IMG/VR virus record: IMGVR_UViG_2724679538_000004
Location: 45,799 to 109,798 of that record
Source: a virus
Taxonomy: Duplodnaviria > Heunggongvirae > Uroviricota > Caudoviricetes
Reading direction: 5' to 3' (one strand)
Length of the DNA stretch: 64,000 nt
Each line of letters begins with the position of its first letter. Within the stretch, counting starts at the first letter, position 1. A model generated the notes under the pieces. The model ran no database searches, was not told where the DNA came from, and saw nothing but the letters and a program-made list of their open reading frames with translations. Position numbers and translations under genes: made by a program. Positions 55,501 through 64,000 of this stretch are shown in pieces.

Positions 55501-57050
55501 ATAAAGCCGATCAGCTGATGGGGCAAATGGGTGAAAGCTCTAAGGCTACGGTATCGTTTGATCAGTCTCTACGCGATACAACGAAATCGCTGACAGATTT
55601 GGCTAATGCAGTTCCTACCGAGTTCATCACTCAAGAGATGATCGACAAGGCGAAAAAACGTCTTGAGGACCTCAAAAATGCGACACCTGAATATCGCGAG
55701 ATGTTCAATCGCCGCAATGTTGAGCAGATGATCTCCACTTGGGCACCGGATTCGGACTCCATTATCAGTGCTGGTTATACGCCGTCTCGTGAAGAGAAAG
55801 TTGCTGATTTTGAAGATACCTATAACCGCAATCTTAAGGCGTTGATAGAACTTCGTGATAAGGCGTCAGATCCTAAAGTCGTGGCGCTTTATACAAAGAA
55901 AATCAATCAGCTTATTGCCGCTGGCAATACCGCTCTCATTAAAGAGACGGGGACTGCAACGCAGAAGTTAGCATTGGAATACGAAAATCTGGCCGAGCAG
56001 ATCGAAAGCACCTGGACTGATTTATTTGGCGGCTTGACTGATGTGCTAACAGATTTCGTTATTAACGGGAAGATGAGCTTCTCCAGCCTGTCTCAGTCTA
56101 TTTTGAAAGATATCACCAATATGGTCGTGAAGTCGCAGATCACGCTGCCTCTAATGAACATGTTGGGGATGGGGACCACCGCAGTTGGTAGTTCACAGAG
56201 TGGTAATTTGCTCACCGGGGTCGCTTCCGCCGTTGCCAATCAAGGTGTGCGAATGGGCAACACTGTCAATGGCGACAAGTCAGTAGGCGAAGCGACGAAG
56301 GAGGCATCCAGCTCGGTAACAGGATTGGGGCAAACTACACAGCAGACCACCAGCGCAATTGGCACAGCAACAAATGCGATAGGTAGCTGGGTATCTGGGC
56401 TATTTGATAGCACCGAAGCCAAAGATGCCGAGACAAAAGCCGTGAAGGACTCCATCTTCTCGATGCAGAACCTCAGCTCTGTTACCGGTGCTTTGTCTGC
56501 TGCTTTTGCGATGCTTGGGGCGAATGCTTCTGGCTCGGGTAATAAGTGGTTGAGTTTCGGCGCAACAGTGGCATCTGGTTTGGTGTCTGCATGGGCTGGC
56601 GGTGCGTTCGACAGCACAAACACAGCTTCGGCTGGTGGGGTTGCTGATGGCACTAAAGGTATCCCTGATATTCCAAAGTTTGCTAATGGAGGGATTTTTG
56701 GGAAGGACGGTGTAATTCCACTTCGTGCGTATCAGAAAGGTGGAATTGCTAATTCGCCACAGTTGGCTCTGTTTGGTGAAGGCTCAATGAACGAGGCGTA
56801 TGTTCCCTTGCCTGATGGTCGAACTATCCCTGTTACATTGAATACCGATGGTGTCAGCGGAGGCGGGAATGTCGTTTCGCCTGTGTCTATTGAAATCAAT
56901 GTGCATAGTGATGGCAGCACTAAGGAGTCGGGTAACACAGAAAGTATCTGGAGTAATGCGGCTCAACGCATGAAGGCTATAGCTCTGGAGACCATCGCTC
57001 AGGAAAAACGGCCTGGCGGGTCACTCAACCCTAACACTAAACGCAACTAA
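52509..57050 (+). CDS. tail tape measure protein
   Basis: About 1510 aa; coiled-coil-rich N-terminal part, Ala/Gly-rich hydrophobic middle; position. Confidence 0.8.
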   Translation: MSQNVEFILSLEDKQFTASIDRAGKLLTRFGEQVTKPAQKIQTFERSLGSVARIIGVLESKLDSTADKLQDVAAGFELASDATRKMRGNITSLNSGLKALIERVDTTTSSVDKLTASLRKVQLELNDFSDWATYASKSASRFGTEVKEASASVSGMNTRLNSTAKRLSNWGVTTSQAAEGLKKVREQMDEVIGRQQLISKPVRVRTSGSGDGGSGRRSGASGHSGKNNEGSMFSGLRGNIFLLGEIGDAARTVTDIMFGWQKPIVEAAAEMERMRVMLRGLNKEKSNPGQAAADDMKYIVDMAQNAPFAMQALTDSFVKFRSAGLDPTDGSLKALVDSVARFGGDSELLKRAAVAVQQMSGKGVVSMEELRQQLGEAVPNAMQAMADAAGITMGELTKAVASGTVEAKQALSLMFVGLRAENENAAKDMMQTYTGALAQLQTSFTLFADRVGQAGYLDSLSKGMKELASIMNSAEGISFANSLGSGLTTAIDGLRQLAQWLAKNQELVINLGKVVAAMVAFKLMRAGIMGVVGAGSQMVSTFTTMATAIQTPFNLGATAVTRFNRAARMGLAPIPSLIFAIRGAITGLKGAFAGLTAFIAANPIGAAFTVATVAVSGLITYMTMLRSETSKVVDEIRKIPEAMTAAKRAQMADRAEKLEKQIIADQRALKTGEGVNYVSNSAGVITHKESKADIEARLKKNQEEYQKITGTIALGDGAVAKRLAKEAAESQIEKIRADNQIFAATFVKARQEALEKIQKINDDGSLSDDEKNKLLAPLRETVNKSYLEPAQKLVDSLSSRKNATEKQIATLNDQLEKAKKDGNTEQIQKLQGSIRGYQEHLEAVAQELTQAEFERDNAAKTGKGVMSNQGTVLGLGTTDKAAKKALAQYMRNQMDSATYQRTLPDGTPMMDFEGKPIIGPKQLKTQLNLQKASSASSLEKMSDEERAAAIAALTKAREQDAAAAEKAAQRSANASQRAAKKEQAAQQKLAAGYQKALDKADQLMGQMGESSKATVSFDQSLRDTTKSLTDLANAVPTEFITQEMIDKAKKRLEDLKNATPEYREMFNRRNVEQMISTWAPDSDSIISAGYTPSREEKVADFEDTYNRNLKALIELRDKASDPKVVALYTKKINQLIAAGNTALIKETGTATQKLALEYENLAEQIESTWTDLFGGLTDVLTDFVINGKMSFSSLSQSILKDITNMVVKSQITLPLMNMLGMGTTAVGSSQSGNLLTGVASAVANQGVRMGNTVNGDKSVGEATKEASSSVTGLGQTTQQTTSAIGTATNAIGSWVSGLFDSTEAKDAETKAVKDSIFSMQNLSSVTGALSAAFAMLGANASGSGNKWLSFGATVASGLVSAWAGGAFDSTNTASAGGVADGTKGIPDIPKFANGGIFGKDGVIPLRAYQKGGIANSPQLALFGEGSMNEAYVPLPDGRTIPVTLNTDGVSGGGNVVSPVSIEINVHSDGSTKESGNTESIWSNAAQRMKAIALETIAQEKRPGGSLNPNTKRN

Positions 57051-57092
57051 CAAACGGCTGCCCAGCATTGGGCAGTCTCACAAGGATGTGAA

Positions 57093-57428
57093 ATGGAAAG
57101 GAAAACATTTAACTGGTATCCAGATTACGAGTCTGAAAAGACGGTTAAACCTAATGTTACCGTTCTGAATTTTGGTGACGATTATGAGCAGCGTCAGTCT
57201 AATGGACTAAATCGCATCAAAGAAGAATGGTCACTGACCTTTACTCGAACGTGCGCTGAGATCAACGCTATTGATGACTTTTTGACTGAGCGTGCAGGTG
57301 TAGAGTCATTTTATTGGACGAATCCAAGAGGCAAGCAGATAGTCGTTGTGTGTGACACTCATACAGTGAAACGTTACAGAGGCTATTTCCTTCTGACCGC
57401 AACATTCCGACAAGTTTTTGAAGTTTAA
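57093..57428 (+). CDS. minor tail protein (lambda gpM-like position and size)
   Basis: 111-aa ORF directly after the tape-measure gene. Confidence 0.5.
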   Translation: MERKTFNWYPDYESEKTVKPNVTVLNFGDDYEQRQSNGLNRIKEEWSLTFTRTCAEINAIDDFLTERAGVESFYWTNPRGKQIVVVCDTHTVKRYRGYFLLTATFRQVFEV

Positions 57429-57438
57429 TCTACCCACT

Positions 57439-57464
57439 GGATAAGTAAGTACTTATTTACTATT
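57439..57464. promoter_or_regulatory. copy of recurrent palindrome (GGATAAGTAAGTACTTATTTACTATT)
   Basis: Read directly. Confidence 0.35.
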
Positions 57465-57470
57465 ATTAAC

Positions 57471-57503
57471 GGCGCTGACAGGAAGTTAGCGCCGTTTGTT
57501 TTT
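57471..57503 (+). terminator. intrinsic terminator
   Basis: GGCGCTGACAGGAAGTTAGCGCC plus T-run. Confidence 0.55.
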
Positions 57504-57516
57504 CAAGGATGAAATA

Positions 57517-58215
57517 ATGGGTATTAAAGCTGATATTCAAAGCTTATCACCCTCTGCGCTCATTGAATTGTTCGTACTTGATATGTCGAACACAAACTCT
57601 GGGGGTAAGCTGTATTTTCACGCTGGCACAAACGAACTGATGGAACCAGTCGTTTGGCAGGGTATTACTTACGAACCGTGGCCTATCAAGGCATCAGGCT
57701 TTGATAAGACTGGTCAGGGGACTTTGCCTCGTCCAAAAATTCAGGTTTCAAACTTTGCTGGAACGGTCTCTGCGGAATTGCAGGCGAACGACGATCTGGT
57801 TGGTTGCCGAATTATTCGCAAAATGACTCTGGCTCGTTTTCTTGATGCCGCAAACTTCAAAGACGGTAACCCAACAGCAGATCCAAACCAACATTTCCCT
57901 GATGAGATGTGGTTTATCGAACAGAAGACTCTCGAAACGCACGAAGTCGTCGAGTTTGAACTGTCGAGTGTGTTCGACTTAATGGGTGTGCAACTGCCGT
58001 ATCGCCAGATCATTAAAAACACTTGCCCCTGGAAATATCGTAGTCCTGAGTGTGGATACACAGGTCCATATTTCGACAAAAACAACCAGCAAACGACAAT
58101 ATCAGGAGCGGATTACTGCACGAAACGCTATGACGCCTGCAATGCCCGTCGTAATTACTTTGCTAATGGGGTTATCCACTTTGGCGGTTTCATCGGGGCA
58201 ACGCGCTATGGGTAA
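57517..58215 (+). CDS. minor tail protein (lambda gpL-like)
   Basis: C-terminal cysteine cluster CPWKYRSPECGY...YCTKRYDAC; AAGGATG RBS. Confidence 0.55.
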   Translation: MGIKADIQSLSPSALIELFVLDMSNTNSGGKLYFHAGTNELMEPVVWQGITYEPWPIKASGFDKTGQGTLPRPKIQVSNFAGTVSAELQANDDLVGCRIIRKMTLARFLDAANFKDGNPTADPNQHFPDEMWFIEQKTLETHEVVEFELSSVFDLMGVQLPYRQIIKNTCPWKYRSPECGYTGPYFDKNNQQTTISGADYCTKRYDACNARRNYFANGVIHFGGFIGATRYG

Positions 58216-59005
58216 TACAGTTATCCCTGAGCTTGGCTCGGACGTTATGCAGCAAATCTATCTTTGCGCAATCAATCGTTACCCTAACGAAGCATGTGGC
58301 TTTCTCGTGCGAACGAATGGCGACAAATATCGCTTTATGGAAGCGCGGAACGTATCGGAAAACCCGCAAAACACCTTCGTGATGCATGTGGACGACATTA
58401 TAGCAGCGGAGGACGAGGGGGAAGTCGTAGCCATATGGCATTCGCACACTGACGAGTCCGCAGAAGCCTCAGATGCTGATCGAGCTGGGTGTGAGGCGAC
58501 AGAAGTACCGTGGATGATTCTGGCAGTTCGTAAGAATGTGGAGGGAGAAGCGCCTTTTCATTTCAGCGAGATGAATGTGATCACTCCAAACGGCTTCGAA
58601 ATGCCATACCTGGGGCGACCATATGTGTTTGGCGTTTTCGACTGCTGGATGCTGTGCCGTGACTACTTAAAGCGCGAGTTTAACGTCGAACTAAACCCGA
58701 ATGCACATCTGCACATCCCATCATGGTACACGGGTGACAACGACATCCTCGATCAGAACTACCGCAACGAGGGATTGGTGCGTCTTGCTCCTGGGACGGA
58801 ACCCAAGCGTGGCGACATTTTCTTTATCCAGTACGGAAAAATGCCTGATCACTGTGCTGTGTATATCGGCGACGGAATGATTCTGCATCACCAGATCGAC
58901 CGGCTTAGTTGTCGTGCTTATTACGGCGGGATGTATCAGAAACATACGACGCATCACTTGCGTCACAGAGACTTACTCAAGGGAGATGAGACGTGTCTGA
59001 GTTAG
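58208..59005 (+). CDS. tail assembly protein (lambda gpK-like; JAB/MPN plus NlpC/P60-like)
   Basis: EACGFLV...IWHSHTDESAEASDAD (JAMM-like) then Cys/His pair (DCWMLC ... HCAVYIGDG). Confidence 0.6.
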   Translation: MGNTVIPELGSDVMQQIYLCAINRYPNEACGFLVRTNGDKYRFMEARNVSENPQNTFVMHVDDIIAAEDEGEVVAIWHSHTDESAEASDADRAGCEATEVPWMILAVRKNVEGEAPFHFSEMNVITPNGFEMPYLGRPYVFGVFDCWMLCRDYLKREFNVELNPNAHLHIPSWYTGDNDILDQNYRNEGLVRLAPGTEPKRGDIFFIQYGKMPDHCAVYIGDGMILHHQIDRLSCRAYYGGMYQKHTTHHLRHRDLLKGDETCLS

Positions 59006-59583
59006 TTCATGTTCAGCTTGGCGGCCCAATGGCTAAACATTTTGGTCGCCACTGGCATCTTAAGGTGCGCAATACAAAGCAGGCGATTGATTTAATCGAA
59101 GCGAATCGCCCCGGCCTCAAAGCATGGATGAAGCGCAACATCAAAACCTATGACAGCTACCACATCCAGATAACCAACAAGCAGGGCCACAAATGGTCAG
59201 TTGACGAGGGTGAGTATCAGATGATGGGGCAGTCGGACAACATCGCGAAGATTCGCATTACGCCTGTTCCTCGCGGTAGTGGCGGCTCTGCTTTTGGTTG
59301 GTTTCAGACTGTCGTTGGGGCGGCACTGTTGGTTGCATCCGCATGGATGCCAGCACTGGCCCCACTTGGCCTGACATTAATGATGGGTGGGATTTCGCAG
59401 ATTATTTCACCACAGGCAACCAATGAAAGTGTGAGACAGGCTGATAACTCAAATTCGTTTTACTTCGATGGGCCTCAAAACACCACAAACCAGGGTAACC
59501 CTGTACAGCTCATCTATGGAGAGGAAATTTTGGTTGGCTCACAGGTAGTGAGTTCTTCAATCACGATTGACCAGCTGATGTAA
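58993..59583 (+). CDS. tail assembly protein (lambda gpI-like)
   Basis: GTG start overlapping the K-like gene; C-terminal hydrophobic segment. Confidence 0.5.
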   Translation: MSELVHVQLGGPMAKHFGRHWHLKVRNTKQAIDLIEANRPGLKAWMKRNIKTYDSYHIQITNKQGHKWSVDEGEYQMMGQSDNIAKIRITPVPRGSGGSAFGWFQTVVGAALLVASAWMPALAPLGLTLMMGGISQIISPQATNESVRQADNSNSFYFDGPQNTTNQGNPVQLIYGEEILVGSQVVSSSITIDQLM

Positions 59584-59600
59584 ACAAGGATTTTTTGGAC

Positions 59601-62600
59601 ATGGAACAGTTCAAGAAAAAAAAACTCCCACTTTTTATTGCTGGTGCAGGGGGTAAGAAAAGTAGCTCCAGCCGCACGCCAGTTGAAGCTGATGATACCG
59701 TTAATTCTCGTGCGATGGCCTCTATCCTCGATCTGCTTGGGGAAGGGGTAATTGGCGGGTTGGTGGACGGTGCAAAGTCAATTTTCATCGACGATCTGCC
59801 GATTCTGAATGAAGACAACTCTTCAAATTTTAGCGGCATTACCTGGGATTTTCGTGATGGCTCGCAAGACCAGACTCCAATGGCTGGTTTTGATTTTGTA
59901 GAAACGCCTAAGTCAGTAAACATTCAATTGAAACGGTCTCACGATGTTACCGTTTCAATTGACAACGACGAGGCCGATCGAGTCCGCGTCATCATGAAGT
60001 TCCCGTCGCTGCGTAGTGTCGATAAAAAATCAGGCGATACAAACGGCACGACTGTTAAATACAAGTTCCAGATCGCAAATGGAGATAACTCATTTGTTGA
60101 TGTTATTGCTGAGGGTGAGAAGAGCGAAGAGATCACGCTTACAGCGAAAAAGACGGGGGTGTATTACCGCAGCTATGAACTCAAGCTGCCTAAGCCGGGT
60201 CGTGCCTATAAAGTACGAGTAATCCGTATTACCGAAGATAGTAATACGCAGTACATCTATAACGACACATGGGTGGATTCAATCGGCGAAATTGTTGATA
60301 CGCCTATGAACTACCCGAACTCCGTACTGGTGGGGTTGAAGGTTAATTCAGAACAGTTCGGCAGCACAATGCCTTCGCGATCTTATTTGGTTCGCGGTCT
60401 GAAAATACGAGTACCTTCTAACTACGAAGAAACTTCAAATACTTACGCTGGGGTCTGGGATGGCACTTTTAAACTTCTCTCATCTTCAAACCCTGCTTGG
60501 ATTTTATTCGATTTGCTGACAAACAAGCGATATGGCCTTGGGCAGTACGTCTCAGAGTCCATGATTGACCTTGGCCAGTTGTATCAAATCGGACGGTATT
60601 GCGACGAAGAAGTTGATGATGGTTTCGGCGGTAAAGAGAAGCGATTTGCAATTAATACCCAGATAACAAGTCGTCAGGATGCCTATCGTCTGGTTCAGGA
60701 TATCGCTGGTGCATTTCGCGGCATGGTTTTCTGGGCCGGTGGCATGGTAAACGTGATGCAGGACAGTCCGTCTGATCCGGTAATGATGTTTACCAATTCA
60801 AACGTCAAGGATGGTCTTTTTAGCCGAAAAGGTTCCGCACGTAAAGACCGTCCGTCTGTTGCGCTTGTGACCTACAACAACAAGGAAGACGGCTATAAGC
60901 AAAACATCGAGTACGTTGAAGATCAGGAGGCAATGCGTCGCTATGGTGAGCGTAAAACAGAAGTAGTTGCGTTTGGTTGCACCAGTCGCGGACAGGCTCA
61001 TCGTGTTGGTCTATGGCTACTGTATACCGCTCGTATGGAGTCTGACGTAATCACCTTTACAGCAGGCTTGGACGCCTCGTTTCTGATGCCTGGTGAGACC
61101 GTTCTTATTCAGGACAAATATCGAGCAGGTAAACGAAACTCTGGTCGTATTGTTGCTTTTACCAAAAATAGCATCACGCTTGATGCGCCTGTGTCATTGG
61201 CCAAGGGCGGCAGCTTTATTCGTGTGCTCAATCAGGAAGGTAAGATTGTCGAGCGCGACATTCTGGAGACTGGAGAAGGTATTACCAAAGTCACATTTTC
61301 AACATCACTGAGATCTGATGAATACCCGGTTTTGAATGGTGTCTGGTCAATTACGGAGCCAGATCTTGAGCCAATGCGCGTTCGCATTGTTGGAATAGCT
61401 CAGGGCGATACAGCGGGAAGTTTCAATATTACTGCGGTTGAGAACAACCCAACCAAGTATGAAGCTATTGATAACGGGGCAACGCTTATACCGCAGAATA
61501 CGACGGTATTGGACCCGACGTACTCTAAGCCATCGAATCTGCAAATTACTGAGGGAACATACATCTCTAGTCCTGGCAACCTGTCTGTGAAACTAACCGC
61601 CACATGGGAAGGTAAGTCTCCAGAGTACTGGATTAGCTGGCGGCGCTCTGACGAAAATAACGTATCGAACTGGCAATCGGCGCGTGTTACCGAAGAGCAG
61701 TTTGAAATCGTTAATGTTGCAGAGAATGGGCGATATGACTTTCAGCTTTATGCTGTCTCGTTTAGTGGGAAGAAAACAGAGATCGTAAGCACCGTGTATC
61801 AGGTTCAGGGAACAATGACTCCACCTGATGCACCTACTGCTTTAACGGCTGTTGGCGACTATCGCAACGTTATTCTGAATTGGGTAAACCCTGATTCAAT
61901 CGATCTCGACCACATTAATGTGTACGCCTCTCAGACCAACAATTTAGATACAGCGAAACTCATTGCCGAGTCTGCGAGCACCACTTTCACCCATGCGGGT
62001 CTTGGAGATAGCGAGACGTGGTTCTATTGGGTACGTGCGGCAAACAAACGCGGAATGTTGAGCCAACCTAACTCCAATTTAGGCACTGAGGCGATAACAC
62101 GCGATGTTTTATCGTTCCTGACGGGAAAGATTACCTCGTCAGAACTTGGGCAGGAGCTGCTTGAAGAAATTAACGATAAAGTCTCTCAGGAGGCTGTCGA
62201 AGAAATTTATAAACAAATGGATGACAGTCTGCAAAGTCTTGATGAAAGACTTACTGAGGCAGATAAGCGTCTGGAGGAAGCACAAAGTGACCTGCAGAAT
62301 GAAGTTTCAGGAACTGTAGACAAGGTTAACGATGCACTTAAGCAGGTTGCAGACTCTAACGCAGCTTTTGTGGAGTTGGAAAAGACCGTTTCTGAACAGG
62401 GTAAAGCGGTTGCCAGTGCTGTAGACGCGGCAAATGCTGCTCTTGATAACGCCTCTGCGTTGATTGCAGAAGAACGTGAAGCAAGAGTTGAAGGCGATCT
62501 TGCAAACGCCAAACAGATTGAAGCGATGAAGTCTTCTGTCGACGATAGCGTTGCCGCTGTTGAAGAAATGAAGAAAACAGTTGCTGAGGTTGAGCGTGCA

Positions 62601-64000
62601 AGCGCAGAGGTTTCGACAAATATCGAGGCGTTGGCAAAAACCAACATCGACCTCGCATTGAGGCAAGATGAAGACCAGCACAAACAGTTAGTTAACAATG
62701 CAAAGATTGCCACTACCCAAAAGACCTTTGCTGATGATATGTCAGCAATGGCGACAAAAGTGGAGGAGATCCGGGCTGAAATAGGGGAAAACATTAAAGC
62801 ATCAATCACCGCTGAAACTACAGCTCGTGTTGAGGCAGACAAAGCAATCGCTACTCAAATTACAGAGTTACAGGCAAAGGTTGAAGGTGATATCTCTGCG
62901 TCGATTATTGCCGAGCAGGAAGCAAGGGCAACCGCCGACGAGTCATTGTCACGTCAAATTCTAAGCCTGAAAGCTCAGACTGGTGAAGATATTAAGGCTG
63001 CTGTCGCTGAGGAAACAAAAGCACGTACAGATCAAGATAGTGCATTGGCTTCCCAGATAAGCACGCTGAAAGCTCAAACAGCGGAGGATATTAAGTCGGC
63101 AATAGCTACCGAGTCCAAAGCGCGAACCGATCAGGATGCGGCTTTGGCTACTCAGATTACTAATCTGACAGCGCAAACCAGTAAAGATATTGCCGCAGCT
63201 GTATCAACAGAAACATCGGCAAGAACAGAAGCTGATAAAGCATTGAGTGGGCGAATTGATACGCTTAAAGCGTCAGTAGACGGAAATACAGCAACAATTC
63301 AACAACAGGCCACAGCTATTGCTGATACCAACAAAAAAGTCTCAACCGCGTGGACCTTGAAAATGGAGACTTCAACAAGCGGGGGGCAGAAGTATGTTGC
63401 CGGTATTGCGCTTGGTATCGACACCACTGGTCTTTCTCAGTTTTTGGTGCAAGCAGATCGCTTTGGTCTGGTGAACTCGGTCAATGGGAAAATCACTACT
63501 CCCTTTGTTATTGAAAATAGTATTGCCTATATGAACGGTGCTTATATCAAAAACGGCACGATAGATAACACCAAAATCGGCAATTACATCCAGTCCAATA
63601 ACTTTGTGAGCGGCTCAAACGGTTGGCGTATCGATAAGGCAGGTAATGCAGAGTTTCACAATGCAACCTTCCGAGGCGTTATATACGGCACTGATGGCTA
63701 CTTTAATGGCACCGTTAAGGCTAACAAGATCCTCGGTGATATCGTCAAAGCGGTGGGAAAGGCTTTTCCACATGATCCGCGCGAATCAGAATTTAAACCG
63801 TGGCCGTCAGGGACAATTACAGTGGTGATAGATGACGATCAGCAATTCGATAGACAAGTCATGATTCCAGCTATTGCGTTTCGTGGGGCGAAGCACCGGC
63901 AGGCATCCACAAACAGTGAATATTATTCATCCTGTCGTCTTGTTGTAAAAAAGAATGGTTCTGTAATTTATGACAAATCGACCAACGATGTTACAGCCAT
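59601..64000 (+). CDS. central tail fibre / host specificity protein (lambda gpJ-like), 3' end outside window
   Basis: ORF stays open from ATG 59601 to the window end; long beta-rich protein with FN3-like segments and a tandem coiled-coil repeat region. Confidence 0.7.
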   Translation, partial: MEQFKKKKLPLFIAGAGGKKSSSSRTPVEADDTVNSRAMASILDLLGEGVIGGLVDGAKSIFIDDLPILNEDNSSNFSGITWDFRDGSQDQTPMAGFDFVETPKSVNIQLKRSHDVTVSIDNDEADRVRVIMKFPSLRSVDKKSGDTNGTTVKYKFQIANGDNSFVDVIAEGEKSEEITLTAKKTGVYYRSYELKLPKPGRAYKVRVIRITEDSNTQYIYNDTWVDSIGEIVDTPMNYPNSVLVGLKVNSEQFGSTMPSRSYLVRGLKIRVPSNYEETSNTYAGVWDGTFKLLSSSNPAWILFDLLTNKRYGLGQYVSESMIDLGQLYQIGRYCDEEVDDGFGGKEKRFAINTQITSRQDAYRLVQDIAGAFRGMVFWAGGMVNVMQDSPSDPVMMFTNSNVKDGLFSRKGSARKDRPSVALVTYNNKEDGYKQNIEYVEDQEAMRRYGERKTEVVAFGCTSRGQAHRVGLWLLYTARMESDVITFTAGLDASFLMPGETVLIQDKYRAGKRNSGRIVAFTKNSITLDAPVSLAKGGSFIRVLNQEGKIVERDILETGEGITKVTFSTSLRSDEYPVLNGVWSITEPDLEPMRVRIVGIAQGDTAGSFNITAVENNPTKYEAIDNGATLIPQNTTVLDPTYSKPSNLQITEGTYISSPGNLSVKLTATWEGKSPEYWISWRRSDENNVSNWQSARVTEEQFEIVNVAENGRYDFQLYAVSFSGKKTEIVSTVYQVQGTMTPPDAPTALTAVGDYRNVILNWVNPDSIDLDHINVYASQTNNLDTAKLIAESASTTFTHAGLGDSETWFYWVRAANKRGMLSQPNSNLGTEAITRDVLSFLTGKITSSELGQELLEEINDKVSQEAVEEIYKQMDDSLQSLDERLTEADKRLEEAQSDLQNEVSGTVDKVNDALKQVADSNAAFVELEKTVSEQGKAVASAVDAANAALDNASALIAEEREARVEGDLANAKQIEAMKSSVDDSVAAVEEMKKTVAEVERASAEVSTNIEALAKTNIDLALRQDEDQHKQLVNNAKIATTQKTFADDMSAMATKVEEIRAEIGENIKASITAETTARVEADKAIATQITELQAKVEGDISASIIAEQEARATADESLSRQILSLKAQTGEDIKAAVAEETKARTDQDSALASQISTLKAQTAEDIKSAIATESKARTDQDAALATQITNLTAQTSKDIAAAVSTETSARTEADKALSGRIDTLKASVDGNTATIQQQATAIADTNKKVSTAWTLKMETSTSGGQKYVAGIALGIDTTGLSQFLVQADRFGLVNSVNGKITTPFVIENSIAYMNGAYIKNGTIDNTKIGNYIQSNNFVSGSNGWRIDKAGNAEFHNATFRGVIYGTDGYFNGTVKANKILGDIVKAVGKAFPHDPRESEFKPWPSGTITVVIDDDQQFDRQVMIPAIAFRGAKHRQASTNSEYYSSCRLVVKKNGSVIYDKSTNDVTA

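Noticed and set aside
62207-62842. Long antisense ORFs inside the J-like gene (62207-62842, 62307-62681, 62356-62658)
   Set aside because: They overlap the repeat-encoding part of a well-supported plus-strand gene; Ser/Ala-rich antisense translations are typical artefacts of coiled-coil repeat coding sequence.
1-64000. Integrated mobile element, integrase or transposase
   Set aside because: No tyrosine/serine recombinase or transposase-like ORF was recognised and there are no flanking host genes; the window appears to be phage DNA throughout.

Overview
This window reads as a contiguous segment of a tailed-phage genome with enterobacteria-like signals (an E. coli-type LexA box; NrdA/NrdB, RNase HI and UmuD-like proteins that resemble E. 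coli proteins as I recall them). I cannot name the phage, and no integrase or tRNA was seen. Layout: (1) 1-14.9 kb, plus-strand recombination and nucleotide-metabolism genes (SbcC-like 3' part, RuvC-like, nrdA, nrdB, NTP-pyrophosphohydrolase-like, thymidylate-synthase homolog, nucleotidase-like, DHFR, P-loop kinase, DnaQ-like exonuclease, Dam-family methyltransferase, RNase HI); (2) 15-34 kb, many small genes of unknown function, several as single-gene cassettes with a shared promoter/operator motif and hairpin terminators, plus accessory items (TerB-like, Rha-like, a second methyltransferase fusion, SpoT/Mesh1-type HD hydrolase, LexA-box-controlled UmuD'-like gene, a convergent Zn-ribbon gene, and a ~1.4 kb gene-free tract with skewed composition and iteron-like repeats); (3) 34.1-39.3 kb, a minus-strand island with exported proteins, an RHH-like protein and an SF2 helicase; (4) 39.4-42.9 kb, two ParB-like proteins, a small ABC-type ATPase, a GNAT-like protein and a small DNA-binding-like protein just upstream of the terminase; (5) 43-64 kb, a structural module in lambda-like tail order (TerS, TerL, portal, scaffold, capsid, major tail with Ig-like end, chaperones with probable -1 frameshift, tape measure, M/L/K/I-like, J-like protein cut by the window end). 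The candidates I consider most likely to be new biology are the promoter-to-terminator A/C-rich noncoding tract with adjacent GGGAAACGG-type repeats (29.3-30.2 kb), the ParB/ParB/ATPase/GNAT cluster, a palindrome recurring at about 13 gene boundaries, and the LexA-box/UmuD'/Zn-ribbon island. All calls rest on motif reading by eye, not on database searches.
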